Source: Candidatus Altimarinota bacterium (lineage in GTDB: Bacteria > Patescibacteriota > Gracilibacteria > UBA1369). From it: DNA of 32,000 bases. Below the pieces are notes generated by a model. The model was not told the DNA's origin and made no database searches. It saw only the letters and a program-made list of their open reading frames with translations. Where the stretch lies: the NCBI GenBank assembly GCA_041659405.1, contig JBAZYK010000006.1:70036-102035 (forward strand). Reading direction: 5' to 3'. Below are positions 9,285 to 17,986 of this stretch, piece by piece. The stretch's first letter is position 1. Each line of letters starts with the position of its first letter. A program made the translations under genes and the position numbers.

Positions 9285-9545
9285 TTACAAAATAGATTCT
9301 AAAGGGAATTTTTTGGCCTTCTTAAGCTTTTTCAAGCTTGCATCCAGCTCTGTTTTAAACTCATTTTTTAACGGCAGATTTTCTTCGATTAAATCTTCAA
9401 ACTCCTGTTTACTCAAAAAAATACCAATCTCCTTGCCATTTTTAACAATACGAACAATTTTGGCATCAAGAGCTTTAGCCGGATTTTTTTGCAATTCCGA
9501 AAGCGAAACAATCTTTTCTTTGCTTAATACGGACGAGGTGGTCAT
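9285..9545 (-). CDS. Type II antitoxin (Phd/YefM-like)
   Basis: 86 aa from the ATG at 9545-9543: MTTSSVLSKEKIVSLSELQKNPAKALDAKIVRIVKNGKEIGIFLSKQEFEDL... The pattern (seLrknl...vvi.knGk.v.vlls.eeye.l) is typical of the family. The longer track ORF reaching 9863 would run through the predicted promoter. Confidence 0.75.
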   Translation of the reverse strand: MTTSSVLSKEKIVSLSELQKNPAKALDAKIVRIVKNGKEIGIFLSKQEFEDLIEENLPLKNEFKTELDASLKKLKKAKKFPLESIL

Positions 9546-9573
9546 ATAAAGTTTATAGTTAAATACTACTATA

Positions 9574-9602
9574 AGTTTATCGTAGAATTCCCAATTAGTC
9601 AA
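9574..9602 (-). promoter_or_regulatory. Putative sigma70-type promoter of the toxin-antitoxin operon
   Basis: On the minus strand, TTGACT (9602-9597), a 17-nt spacer, then TAAACT (9579-9574). The inverted repeat TATAGT/ACTATA (9554-9559 / 9568-9573) and the direct repeat AAGTTTAT (9549-9556 and 9573-9580) lie between the -10 box and the start codon, so they are possible autoregulatory operators. Confidence 0.4.
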
Positions 9603-9644
9603 CGGATAGGGCGCAAGATTCACGGGCAAATAAGTCATTATTAT

Positions 9645-9672
9645 TTGACATGTGGAAATATTTTCATAAAAT
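9645..9672 (+). promoter_or_regulatory. Putative sigma70-type promoter for ORF 9694-9996
   Basis: TTGACA (9645-9650), a 16-nt spacer, then TAAAAT (9667-9672), ending 21 nt before the ATG. Confidence 0.45.
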
Positions 9673-9693
9673 GGAACCACATTATTCAAAATT

Positions 9694-9996
9694 ATGGCAT
9701 TTTCACAAGAAACAATCACAGCCCTTGGTCGCGAATATGACGACGCACTAAAAGTTGTTACTGAGGTCAAACAACAAAGACGAGTACTCAAATTAGCTGG
9801 TTTACCGGGAAAAATCGATAGTGGCCCACTCACAGTTATAAGAGCTACATTAGACAGCCTCACTAAAGCTTTAGAAGGAATTAATGATCCTAATCAAGAT
9901 GGCCCCAACCTTGTTGTAGCAAGATTGAGAAAAAAAGTAGGAACCTTGCAACGTTGTTTACTAGAGTTAGACCCAGTACAAAAAGAGGAAGCCTAA
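9694..9996 (+). CDS. Hypothetical protein, 100 aa, predicted helical
   Basis: Intact ORF with a near-consensus promoter upstream. I recognised no motif. Confidence 0.45.
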   Translation: MAFSQETITALGREYDDALKVVTEVKQQRRVLKLAGLPGKIDSGPLTVIRATLDSLTKALEGINDPNQDGPNLVVARLRKKVGTLQRCLLELDPVQKEEA

Positions 9997-10028
9997 TAGA
10001 ATCCATCCCGCGCAGTCAGCTCAAGCCC

Positions 10029-10056
10029 TTGCCAAATTTCAAATTCCGTATACAAT
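10029..10056 (+). promoter_or_regulatory. Putative promoter of the RNase P RNA gene
   Basis: TTGCCA (10029-10034), a 16-nt spacer, then TACAAT (10051-10056). The predicted transcription start at about 10062-10063 coincides with the 5' strand of helix P1. Confidence 0.5.
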
Positions 10057-10060
10057 TAAC

Positions 10061-10680
10061 AAGCTCTACCAGTGAATGATCGCTGCAGCTTTCTTTTCTA
10101 AAAAAAAGCATGAACGAAAAAGCTTGAAGCAAAGCGTGAATTATTTTGGGATTGGGTCTCGTGGGTCCCAATCCCAAAATAATTCCGCTACCGCGAAAAG
10201 CTTTTAAGTGAATACAATATAGGGAAAGAGAGCACCACGAGAGAAAACCGTCAGGTTGTCTCTCGTGAACTGCAGAGGAAAGTCCGAGCACCATGGAACA
10301 GGATGGCTTCTAACGGAAGCGGCTCAGCATGAAAGTGTTGAGTACGGAAAGTACCACAGAGACTATGAAAGCTGCGCGCAAGCGTAGCCAAAGGTGAAAA
10401 GCCCAGTCGTAAAGCGTAAAATTCCAGGCCGCGGCGCAAGCCAATAAGCCAGAATGTAACGCCAGACAGGGCGCCCCTCGGTGACGAGGAGACGTGGCAA
10501 ACCCTATCCGGTGCAAGGTGGGATGGAAGAAAAAGATCAAGTTTTGTTCCAAAACCTTTTTCTGCCCACCGCACGATTTCATAGGCAACTATGAAACAAG
10601 AGAGATGATCATACTTTGTTTATGCGCCGCAAGGTGCATCAACAGAGAACAAAACTCGGCTTATGATCTGGTAGAGCAAT
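10061..10680 (+). ncRNA. rnpB: RNase P RNA, bacterial type A core with a greatly expanded P3
   Basis: P4 5' strand AGGAAAGTCCGAGC (10276-10289). 3' strand ACAGAGAACAAAACTCGGCTTAT (10642-10664), pairing with the conserved bulged U. P1 GCTCTACCAG (10063-10072) pairs with CTGGTAGAGC (10668-10677). P2 ATGATC (10076-10081) pairs with GATCAT (10607-10612). P18-like hairpin TTTCATAG-GCAA-CTATGAAA. P19-like hairpin ATGCGCC-GCAA-GGTGCAT. GGTGAAA-type J11/12 sequence is present. Confidence 0.88.
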
Positions 10681-10813
10681 ATTGAAAACCAAAAATTATC
10701 GCAAAATCCATCCCCATCCGCTATACTTGCGAAGGTTTTTGAATTGCGCGACTTTGCTGCACGACCATGCCCGCAACTTTCTCGCAAACTCCCACGCACC
10801 CTCACACCCGCAC

Positions 10814-12256
10814 ATGAAACGTTCCGAAATCGCTTTTGGCTTACTGCGCATCCCCATCGACTTTTTGATGACCCTCTTCGCCTTTTTGTTGGCGTATCGC
10901 ATCAGAGCGATTGTGGATTTAATTCCCGGAATTCATCTTCCTTTAGACCTGGAATCGTTTCCGTCACTCGACCAATACGTCCAATTCAGCATCACCGGCG
11001 CGCTGGCACTTGTGGCGCTTTTTGCCTTAAACAAAATGTATTCGCTCAAATCCACCACCGGCAAAGGCCGCGAACTCGGGCAAGTCATCATCACCACAAT
11101 TATCTGGTTAATGCTGATTATTGCCTACTTTTTTCTGACCAGAACCTTTCCATTTTCACGCCTTGCCTTAATTTACACCTGGGTTTTAACAATCCTGCTT
11201 ATTTCCGTTGGAAGGCTATTTATCCGCATGCTGCAGCACTTTATTCTACTCGCCGGAATCGGCAAAAAAAGAATTGTTTTTGTGGGCGATAACGAAATCA
11301 GCCAAAAACTTTATAAAATGCTCAAAAAAGACAGCAGTTATGTCTGTTTGGGTGTGATTGATGAGCACGAAAATCCCAAATACGAACTCCCCTCTTTGGG
11401 ATCGCTTAAAGATCTGGCGCAAATCGTCAAAAATCATGAAGTTGAAGAAATCATTCAAACCAAATCCGACCTTAAAAAAGAAGAAGCCACCCAGTTGTTG
11501 GAATTCTGCCGCGAAAATCACTTAAGTTTTAGTTTTGTGCCGAGTTTGCTGGAGGTTCAGCAGACCAATGTGGAAACCATTGCGATGGCCGGAATCCCTG
11601 TAATTAAGCTTAAACCGACTGCGCTTGATGGCTGGAGCAAAATCATTAAAAGAATTTTTGATATTTTTGGAGGAATTATTGGTCTGATTATTTTTTCTCC
11701 GATTTTTTTGGTAATTGCGATTGCGATTAAACTTGATTCCAAAGGCACAATTTTCTTTAAATTTTTGGATGATGGATCCCGCGTAAAGCGCGTTGGTGAA
11801 CACGGCCGGCTTTTCTATTTTTACAAATTCCGCACGATGCACCCAAAAACGCACAACCTGCGCTACACCGAACTGGCCAAGCAAAACACGCGCAGTGATT
11901 CCCCGCTTGTGAAGATTAAAAACGATCCACGAGTGACTAAAGTCGGCAAGTTCCTGCGCAAAACCAGCCTGGACGAACTTCCACAACTCCTCAATGTTTT
12001 AAAAGGTGAAATGAGTTTGGTTGGCCCCCGCCCGCATTTGCCGGAAGAGGTCGCCAAATACCAAAAACGCCACCGGTTTGTGCTGACAATTAAGCCCGGA
12101 ATTACCGGTCTGGCCCAAATCAGCGGCCGCAGCGACCTGAATTTCGAAGAAGAAATCCGCCTGGACACTTTCTACATTGAACACTGGTCTTTATGGCTTG
12201 ATATAAAGATAATCCTAAAAACTTTCCTGATTCCGTTTAAGCGATATGAGGAATAG
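10814..12256 (+). CDS. Polyprenyl-phosphate hexose-1-phosphate transferase (bacterial sugar transferase, WbaP/WcaJ type)
   Basis: N-terminal multi-TM region and central linker. C-terminal sugar-transferase domain: [39 protein letters not shown]...[10 protein letters not shown]...[38 protein letters not shown] prefer the ATG at 10814 because the TTG at 10682 directly abuts the RNase P RNA 3' end. Confidence 0.85.
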   Translation: MKRSEIAFGLLRIPIDFLMTLFAFLLAYRIRAIVDLIPGIHLPLDLESFPSLDQYVQFSITGALALVALFALNKMYSLKSTTGKGRELGQVIITTIIWLMLIIAYFFLTRTFPFSRLALIYTWVLTILLISVGRLFIRMLQHFILLAGIGKKRIVFVGDNEISQKLYKMLKKDSSYVCLGVIDEHENPKYELPSLGSLKDLAQIVKNHEVEEIIQTKSDLKKEEATQLLEFCRENHLSFSFVPSLLEVQQTNVETIAMAGIPVIKLKPTALDGWSKIIKRIFDIFGGIIGLIIFSPIFLVIAIAIKLDSKGTIFFKFLDDGSRVKRVGEHGRLFYFYKFRTMHPKTHNLRYTELAKQNTRSDSPLVKIKNDPRVTKVGKFLRKTSLDELPQLLNVLKGEMSLVGPRPHLPEEVAKYQKRHRFVLTIKPGITGLAQISGRSDLNFEEEIRLDTFYIEHWSLWLDIKIILKTFLIPFKRYEE

Positions 12257-12257
12257 T

Positions 12258-12279
12258 GGAGCTAAATGAAAACAGCTCC
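12258..12279. terminator. Weak hairpin between convergent genes (possible bidirectional terminator)
   Basis: GGAGCT (12258-12263) pairs with AGCTCC (12274-12279) around a 10-nt loop, in the 29-nt gap between the sugar transferase and carD-like stops. There is no U-tract. Confidence 0.3.
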
Positions 12280-12285
12280 TCCCAA

Positions 12286-13380
12286 CTACTTTCTAAGATA
12301 ATTAATCACGCCTTCAGCTTTTGCGGTTAATTCGTATTTACCACCCGGTAATTTTTCGAGCAAATCTTCTTCAATTAAGAAACTAATCTGCTCGGCAGCC
12401 CCCTTAAAACTACTAATCAATCCACTTATATCACCGGTCCCCGTCCTATAAGTTACCATCAAAACAATCACAGCCTGTGGCCGAGCCCTTAAACTGGCAA
12501 TAAGCTCCAGTTTAACCAGTATTTCCCTTAACCTGGAAATTGCGATTGCCTGTTTTAATTCCAAAACAAGTTTTGAATCTGTAAGATTTAGAGTTGTGGC
12601 TTTTGAAAGTATTGCCTCTGATAATTCGGCTCTCTCCCCGGATTCGGCAATCTTGGTTTGAACTTCGGCACAAATTGTTTCTGGTCCTGGAGCTTGTGTT
12701 GAACAATAATCGGGATAAGCATGCGTTTTCCTGTCCCTGGGATCAGCCACGGGCACTTTAGCTGTAACATCAACTGCAAAGATCACTTCGATTTCTTCTT
12801 TAAACGTTCTGTCAGCCAAACCACGCACAAAGGCAATCTCTTTAACAATTAGTTCTAAAGCACGATCATATATTTCCTTTTCAGCAGGAGACAATTGTCT
12901 AATATTTCTTCTGGAAGATAGATCACGGAAAACCTCAGCCAAATCATAAATGTTTCCGGTTGCAAGTTTAATCTTTAAATTTTTAAAATGCCTATACCAG
13001 TCTGCCCCACTGATAGATAATTTAGCGGGTTGTTCATGAAATATCTTAAAAACTTCACGAACTTCTGCCTCGCCAATCAACGGACGAAGACCTAAAGTTC
13101 GTGCCGTTTCAACAGGAACTATTATCTTATGATTGGTTCGATTGAGAGTTGAAAGTGGAGTCGCAACAACCCCGAGTACGTAACATTTCTGCCGATTTCC
13201 AGCCATGTCATTTTCTTCTATCGCAATCACCTCCACAACACCCTGCCCGGGATAAACAACTTTATCACCAACTTTAAAATCGCCTTCAGGCGCAGAAAGA
13301 GTATCGGCAACAACCGGAGCAACAGGGCTTGCAAACGGCACTGCCGGGTCTAGATCATCATGTATTCCTTCTGCAGCCAT
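12286..13380 (-). CDS. CarD/CdnL-family RNA-polymerase-binding regulator with a C-terminal extension of about 170 aa
   Basis: Residues about 35-200 read FKVGDKVVYPGQGVVEVIAIEENDMAGNRQKCYVLGV...KIIVPVETARTLGLRPL...IKLATGNIYDLAEVFRDLSSR...LSPAEKEIYDRALELIVKEIAFVRG, which is a CarD_CdnL_TRCF domain plus the CarD C-terminal helical domain. About 170 further residues follow that I could not assign. Confidence 0.8.
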   Translation of the reverse strand: MAAEGIHDDLDPAVPFASPVAPVVADTLSAPEGDFKVGDKVVYPGQGVVEVIAIEENDMAGNRQKCYVLGVVATPLSTLNRTNHKIIVPVETARTLGLRPLIGEAEVREVFKIFHEQPAKLSISGADWYRHFKNLKIKLATGNIYDLAEVFRDLSSRRNIRQLSPAEKEIYDRALELIVKEIAFVRGLADRTFKEEIEVIFAVDVTAKVPVADPRDRKTHAYPDYCSTQAPGPETICAEVQTKIAESGERAELSEAILSKATTLNLTDSKLVLELKQAIAISRLREILVKLELIASLRARPQAVIVLMVTYRTGTGDISGLISSFKGAAEQISFLIEEDLLEKLPGGKYELTAKAEGVINYLRK

Positions 13381-13400
13381 AGTAATAAAAAATCAAGTGC

Positions 13401-13565
13401 CTACGCCGCACGATTAAACAATCCCATTTTTTCCATTTCTGCTAACCTTTTAGCTTGCATACCGGCAATTTTTTTATCATCGCATGGTACTGCAATAGTT
13501 TCACTTAGATCTGCTGTTACAACAACTGATTCACCTTCACCTGGTCCGTCTTTTAATTGTGCCAT
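13401..13565 (-). CDS. Small hypothetical protein (54 aa) upstream of the carD-like gene
   Basis: Below the ORF-track size cutoff. Hand translation gives MAQLKDGPGEGESVVVTADLSETIAVPCDDKKIAGMQAKRLAEMEKMGLFNRAA, then a stop. It ends 20 nt before the carD-like ATG on the same strand. Confidence 0.35.
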   Translation of the reverse strand: MAQLKDGPGEGESVVVTADLSETIAVPCDDKKIAGMQAKRLAEMEKMGLFNRAA

Positions 13566-13787
13566 AAAAATTAAATTAAAATATAGAAAATTTAATACAA
13601 GGGTATATTCTATCTAATCCCGTGATTTTGTCAATGTTTCCGCCGGAAAATCAACGCAAAAACATGGATGAACAGGTACTTTCAACAACACTACTTGAAT
13701 TAGCCATTGCCCATTTACTTTAAGCCAAAAATCTTTTAGACTCTTAAACGCGCTTTTAGCATAAAACTAATCATTAATTGAACTCCC

Positions 13788-16532
13788 GTGATCCACAAAA
13801 TTATCAACAAACTTCTGGGCGACCAAAACGAAAAAGAGCTCAAAAAGCTTTGGCCTTTGGTTGCCAAGGTTAACGCCGTCTATGAAGAGTACGAGAAAAA
13901 TCTGCCGGAATCCGACATCCCTAAAAAAACCGAGGAATTCAAAACTCGCCTAAAAAACGGAGAAACTCTGGATCAAATTATGCCGGAAGCATTCGCTTTG
14001 GTTAAACATGCCTGCAAAAAACTCATTGGCAAAAAATGGCTTGTGCGTGGCAACGAAACCACCTGGGACATGGTTCCTTTTGACGTTCAAATTCTTGGTG
14101 GAATCGTTCTTCATCAGGGCCGCATCGCCGAAATGAAAACGGGTGAAGGTAAAACTCTGGTTTGTACCATGCCGGTTTATCTTAATGCTCTTGCCGGAAA
14201 AGGCGTGCACGTTGTTACGGTTAATGACTATCTTGCTCATCGCGATTCCGAATGGATGGGCGGTCTTTTTAAATTCCTTGGTCTAACCGTTGGAATTGTT
14301 GTGCATGAACAGCCGCGTGAAGCCAAAAAAGAGGCTTACAACGCCGACATCACTTATGGCACAAACAACGAATTTGGTTTTGATTATCTGCGTGATAACA
14401 TGGCGCAAAGCCAGGAAAATATCGCTCAGCGTGAGCTTTCTTATGCCATTGTGGATGAAGTGGATTCCATTTTGATTGATGAGGCCAGAACGCCGTTAAT
14501 TATTTCCGCTCCGGCCGAGGAATCGACTTCCAAATATGTTCGTTATTCTCAGCTTGTACGCAATCTTTTGGAAGTAACCGATTATGTTATTGATGAAAAG
14601 CAAAAAACCGCAAGTTTGACCGAAGAAGGTATCGCCAAAATGGAAGGTCTTCTGGGGGTTGATAACATTTATACCGATGCCGGATTTAGTGAAGTACATC
14701 ACCTGGAACAGGCGCTCAAAGCTCAAACAGTTTATAAAAATGACATCGATTATGTGGTAAAAGATGGTGAAATTTTGATTGTTGATGAGTTTACCGGCCG
14801 CATTATGCCGGGTCGTCGTTACTCGGATGGTCTGCATCAGGCAATTGAAGCCAAAGAAGGTGTGGAAGTTAAGCGTGAAAGCCGCACACTCGCCACCATT
14901 ACTTTTCAAAATTATTTCCGTCTCTTTAAAAAATTGGCGGGCATGACCGGTACAGCACTAACAGAAGCCGAAGAATTCCTCCAAATTTACCGACTTGAAA
15001 CAATTGTGATTCCAACTCACCATGCGGTTCAAAGGTTGGATGGAGCCGACATGATCTACAAAAATCAGAAAGGCAAATACATGGCTGTCGCTAAAAAGGT
15101 TAAGGAATTATACGAAAAAGGTCAGCCGGTTTTGATTGGTACGATTTCGATTGAGAAATCCGAAATCATGAACAAATTGTTGCAAATGGAAGGCGTTCCG
15201 CACAATGTTTTGAATGCCAAAAATCACGAACGCGAAGCCGAAATCGTGGCAAAGGCAGGCCAAAAAGGAGCCGTTACCATTGCCACCAACATGGCCGGTC
15301 GTGGAACGGATATTAAACTTGGTGAAGGTGTTACAGATTTGGGTGGTTTAGTGGTGATTGCCACCGAGCGTCATGAAGCCCGCCGCATCGATAACCAGTT
15401 GCGTGGTCGTAGTGGTCGTCAGGGTGACCCGGGTGAAAGCCAATTTTTTGTTTCGATGGAGGATGATTTGATGCGTTTATTTGGTTCCGATCGCATTCAA
15501 AAAGTTATGGAAGGTTTAAATATGCCCGACGACATGCCAATTCAAAATAAGTGGATCAGCAATTCGATTGAAACTGCCCAAAAAAGCGTGGAAGGCCGCA
15601 ACTTTGATATTCGTAAACATATTGTTGAATACGACGACGTAATGAACAAACATCGTGAAATTATTTATTCCCGCCGTCACAAAGTTTTGCAGAGCGACAA
15701 CATCAAAAACGACATTATAATTCTGCTTGAAAAAGAAATTGAAAGTCTGGTTTTGCGTAACCGTAAAGAAGAAGCCGATCGTGACGAAAGCAAATATGAT
15801 TACGAAAAAATGCTGGAAGAAATAAACGCACTTCATAAAGATTCGGTTTATCCGCTTTCAATTGACCTTCTTTCCAAAGCGGACGATCAGGAAGATTTGA
15901 TCGAAGCCGTAAAATTGTACTTCTTCAAGGAGTACGAAGAAAAAGAAAAAATGTTGAAAGATTCTTCAATTATGCGCCAAATTGAACGCGGCATTTATTT
16001 GAATGTGATCGATACTTTTTGGATGGAGCACATCGACAACATGACCCATTTGCGTGAAGGTGTAGCCCTGCGCGGTTATGGCCAGCGCGACCCGTTGGTT
16101 GAATACAAAAAGGAAGCTTTCAGCATGTTCAGCAAGATGATGGTTGGAATTCAGGCAAATACGGTAACTACAATTTTCAAATTGAATTTAAAAGCTCAAC
16201 TACCGCAAGAAATGCTGCAAGTTGGCATGGCTCCAACAGTTCAAATGTTTACGAATGAAAACCAGATTGAATCGGTACTTTCCGGCGATCATGGCGGCGG
16301 CATGGTTTTAGGTGAGAGCACGAATACGGGTTTTGGCGCAGGTAGTGGCGCAAACATGAACTCAGGCTTTAGCGCGAACGGTGGCGCGGGCACGGGCGCA
16401 AGCGGCAATCCGACCATAATCAAAGCCGATTCAGCCCCAGCCGGAAGCCACAAACCGGAAATCGGCCGCAACGATCTATGCACCTGCGGAAGCGGAAAAA
16501 AATATAAGAAATGCCATCAGTTAGCCAAATGA
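13788..16532 (+). CDS. secA: Preprotein translocase ATPase SecA
   Basis: 914 aa. Walker A MKTGEGKTLV, DEAD-like DEVDSILIDEARTPLIIS, TNMAGRGTDIKLG, and C-terminal SEC-C zinc motif CTCGSGKKYKKCH. Confidence 0.97.
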   Translation: MIHKIINKLLGDQNEKELKKLWPLVAKVNAVYEEYEKNLPESDIPKKTEEFKTRLKNGETLDQIMPEAFALVKHACKKLIGKKWLVRGNETTWDMVPFDVQILGGIVLHQGRIAEMKTGEGKTLVCTMPVYLNALAGKGVHVVTVNDYLAHRDSEWMGGLFKFLGLTVGIVVHEQPREAKKEAYNADITYGTNNEFGFDYLRDNMAQSQENIAQRELSYAIVDEVDSILIDEARTPLIISAPAEESTSKYVRYSQLVRNLLEVTDYVIDEKQKTASLTEEGIAKMEGLLGVDNIYTDAGFSEVHHLEQALKAQTVYKNDIDYVVKDGEILIVDEFTGRIMPGRRYSDGLHQAIEAKEGVEVKRESRTLATITFQNYFRLFKKLAGMTGTALTEAEEFLQIYRLETIVIPTHHAVQRLDGADMIYKNQKGKYMAVAKKVKELYEKGQPVLIGTISIEKSEIMNKLLQMEGVPHNVLNAKNHEREAEIVAKAGQKGAVTIATNMAGRGTDIKLGEGVTDLGGLVVIATERHEARRIDNQLRGRSGRQGDPGESQFFVSMEDDLMRLFGSDRIQKVMEGLNMPDDMPIQNKWISNSIETAQKSVEGRNFDIRKHIVEYDDVMNKHREIIYSRRHKVLQSDNIKNDIIILLEKEIESLVLRNRKEEADRDESKYDYEKMLEEINALHKDSVYPLSIDLLSKADDQEDLIEAVKLYFFKEYEEKEKMLKDSSIMRQIERGIYLNVIDTFWMEHIDNMTHLREGVALRGYGQRDPLVEYKKEAFSMFSKMMVGIQANTVTTIFKLNLKAQLPQEMLQVGMAPTVQMFTNENQIESVLSGDHGGGMVLGESTNTGFGAGSGANMNSGFSANGGAGTGASGNPTIIKADSAPAGSHKPEIGRNDLCTCGSGKKYKKCHQLAK

Positions 16533-16876
16533 ACACCTTCCTCACCAAATCCCAAAATTTCCTCAAATACCTGATTTTCACAATCATCGGGATGCTGGTG
16601 AGTTTTTTCCTTTTTGGAGCAGCCCTAAAAATCGGCTACAGCTTCAATCTGGAACTTTACGAAATCGTCCTGACTTTTTTTGCCGCACTCTACGGATTCA
16701 TCAAATTAAAAAAATTCAAAGCAGAACACACTAAAAACAAATTCCTGAAAATAATCGGAACCCAAAATCTGACAAAATCCATCCGCTACCTCATCTTAGG
16801 TTTAATGATCGGAAACGCACTCTATCTAATCACAATCATTGCCGGCGTAGCAACCCTGTCCGCACTGTTCAAATAA
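16529..16876 (+). CDS. Small integral membrane protein, hypothetical
   Basis: The ATG at 16529 overlaps the secA TGA (ATGA). About 115 aa with three hydrophobic helices. Confidence 0.55.
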   Translation: MNTFLTKSQNFLKYLIFTIIGMLVSFFLFGAALKIGYSFNLELYEIVLTFFAALYGFIKLKKFKAEHTKNKFLKIIGTQNLTKSIRYLILGLMIGNALYLITIIAGVATLSALFK

Positions 16877-16894
16877 GAAATGTTAATTGAAACA

Positions 16895-17148
16895 CTAAAC
16901 GATCCCGCTAATCTTCAGGTCTTTTATGTGATCCTCAGGGCTTTTTACAGCAAACTTTCCGGCAGCCAAATCAGCCTCGGATTCCTTTAAAGCAGTCTCC
17001 AATTCACATTCACGAAGATAATTATATTGATCCATAGTAAGGATAATAAAACTTTTCTCACCACGAATGGTGTACCATTGATTTTAGCTTCATGTAAAGA
17101 TGGCGTTGGCCGCCAGTTGCCCAAAATACTTTTTTTTGCTAGCGTCAC
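16895..17148 (-). pseudogene. Possible frameshifted Phd/YefM-like antitoxin remnant with no toxin partner
   Basis: One minus-strand frame reads ...WYTIRGEKSFIILTMDQYNYLRECELETALKESEADLAAGKF...IV, then a stop (codon at 16895-16897), and is closed upstream by a TAA. A neighbouring frame from the GTG at 17148 reads VTLAKKSILGNWRPTPSLHEAKINGTP. Joined by a 1-nt shift, the two resemble a full antitoxin. A 46-aa ORF (17035-16895) remains intact. Confidence 0.35.
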
Positions 17149-17172
17149 CCTGACATTTTATAACTAAAAATT

Positions 17173-17799
17173 ATGGATACTCCAAGAAATGCATTTTTTC
17201 AATATCCGGAAGGCCTTAATGAGGCAAAATTAGTCGAATTGATTCAGACTATTCTTGATGGAATTGATCGCGACCAATTGATGAAAGATGAACATTTGCC
17301 CATAGTTCGTCATCCTCTTCTTCAGGAAAGAATTGGCACTGAGGTTGCCCTAAACACAGAAATACACAATTTAATTTCCAACGTTGCTTCAAAAACAAGA
17401 TCAGATCAACCAACTGATGTTGAAGAAAAAATACTGCTCGCCAATGCTTCAAATCCTAAACAAATGGCCACAAGCCTTGCAGCATTTAAAGAAGCAATAA
17501 CAAAGCTTGCGCCATTAAACATAGACGAAATCTATCCAATAGACACATTCGTCAGTATGCTGTTAATGGGAAAATTAAAAATGCCTACGCATGCTCAAGA
17601 GGCCATTCTTTATCCCGCTGTAAATCATGACCTCTATGAATCCTCCAAAGACGAAATATTGGGAGTAATAGAAAATTGCAGAAAAAAGTTACTTTCATGG
17701 ATAGAAATTGCCGATGATAAAAAAGCTACAGAATTCGGCAAAGAAGTTAGCGCCGAAGCTGATTTTGCCAAAGACTGGTTCGAAAAAAGGGCAGCCTAG
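17173..17799 (+). CDS. Hypothetical protein, 208 aa
   Basis: Intact ORF, predicted helical and soluble. I recognised no motif. Confidence 0.6.
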   Translation: MDTPRNAFFQYPEGLNEAKLVELIQTILDGIDRDQLMKDEHLPIVRHPLLQERIGTEVALNTEIHNLISNVASKTRSDQPTDVEEKILLANASNPKQMATSLAAFKEAITKLAPLNIDEIYPIDTFVSMLLMGKLKMPTHAQEAILYPAVNHDLYESSKDEILGVIENCRKKLLSWIEIADDKKATEFGKEVSAEADFAKDWFEKRAA

Positions 17800-17986
17800 C
17801 CAACCAACAAGCCTTTTACGGCTTATTTAAGCTGTGCTGTTATAATTCAGCAGTTTGTTCCTACATCAGATATTGGTTTTTCTAGAATTGTAACAGTGAG
17901 TAAAGAACCATCTTTTAAACGACCCAAAAAGAAAAGAAAGGATCAAATCCAATTGGCAACCTCAGAACCAGCTTGGAGTTTTTAGA

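Noticed and set aside
9546-9863. Longer 192-aa version of the antitoxin ORF
   Set aside because: The extra 106 N-terminal codons run through the predicted TA promoter and the divergent promoter and ORF, and they carry no antitoxin-like sequence. The ATG at 9545 gives a typical 86-aa antitoxin.
10016-10805. Five overlapping ORFs of 61-107 aa on both strands (10016-10294, 10251-10574, 10310-10588, 10494-10685, 10620-10805)
   Set aside because: They lie on the RNase P RNA gene or its immediate flank, and their open frames are a by-product of GC-rich structured RNA sequence.
10682-10813. TTG start at 10682, which would give a 524-aa sugar transferase
   Set aside because: It begins 1-2 nt after the RNase P RNA 3' end and adds a His/Pro-rich non-membrane leader. 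The ATG at 10814 ([17 protein letters not shown]...) starts directly at the first TM region.
13360-13617. 85-aa plus-strand ORF overlapping the carD-like start
   Set aside because: It overlaps the carD-like N-terminus and is antisense to the small 54-codon ORF that sits in operon position. It has no motif and looks low-complexity.
16281-16460. Gly/Ser/Ala/Asn-rich low-complexity stretch near the SecA C-terminus
   Set aside because: The linker preceding the SEC-C zinc motif is naturally variable and often low-complexity in SecA, so I do not consider it anomalous.
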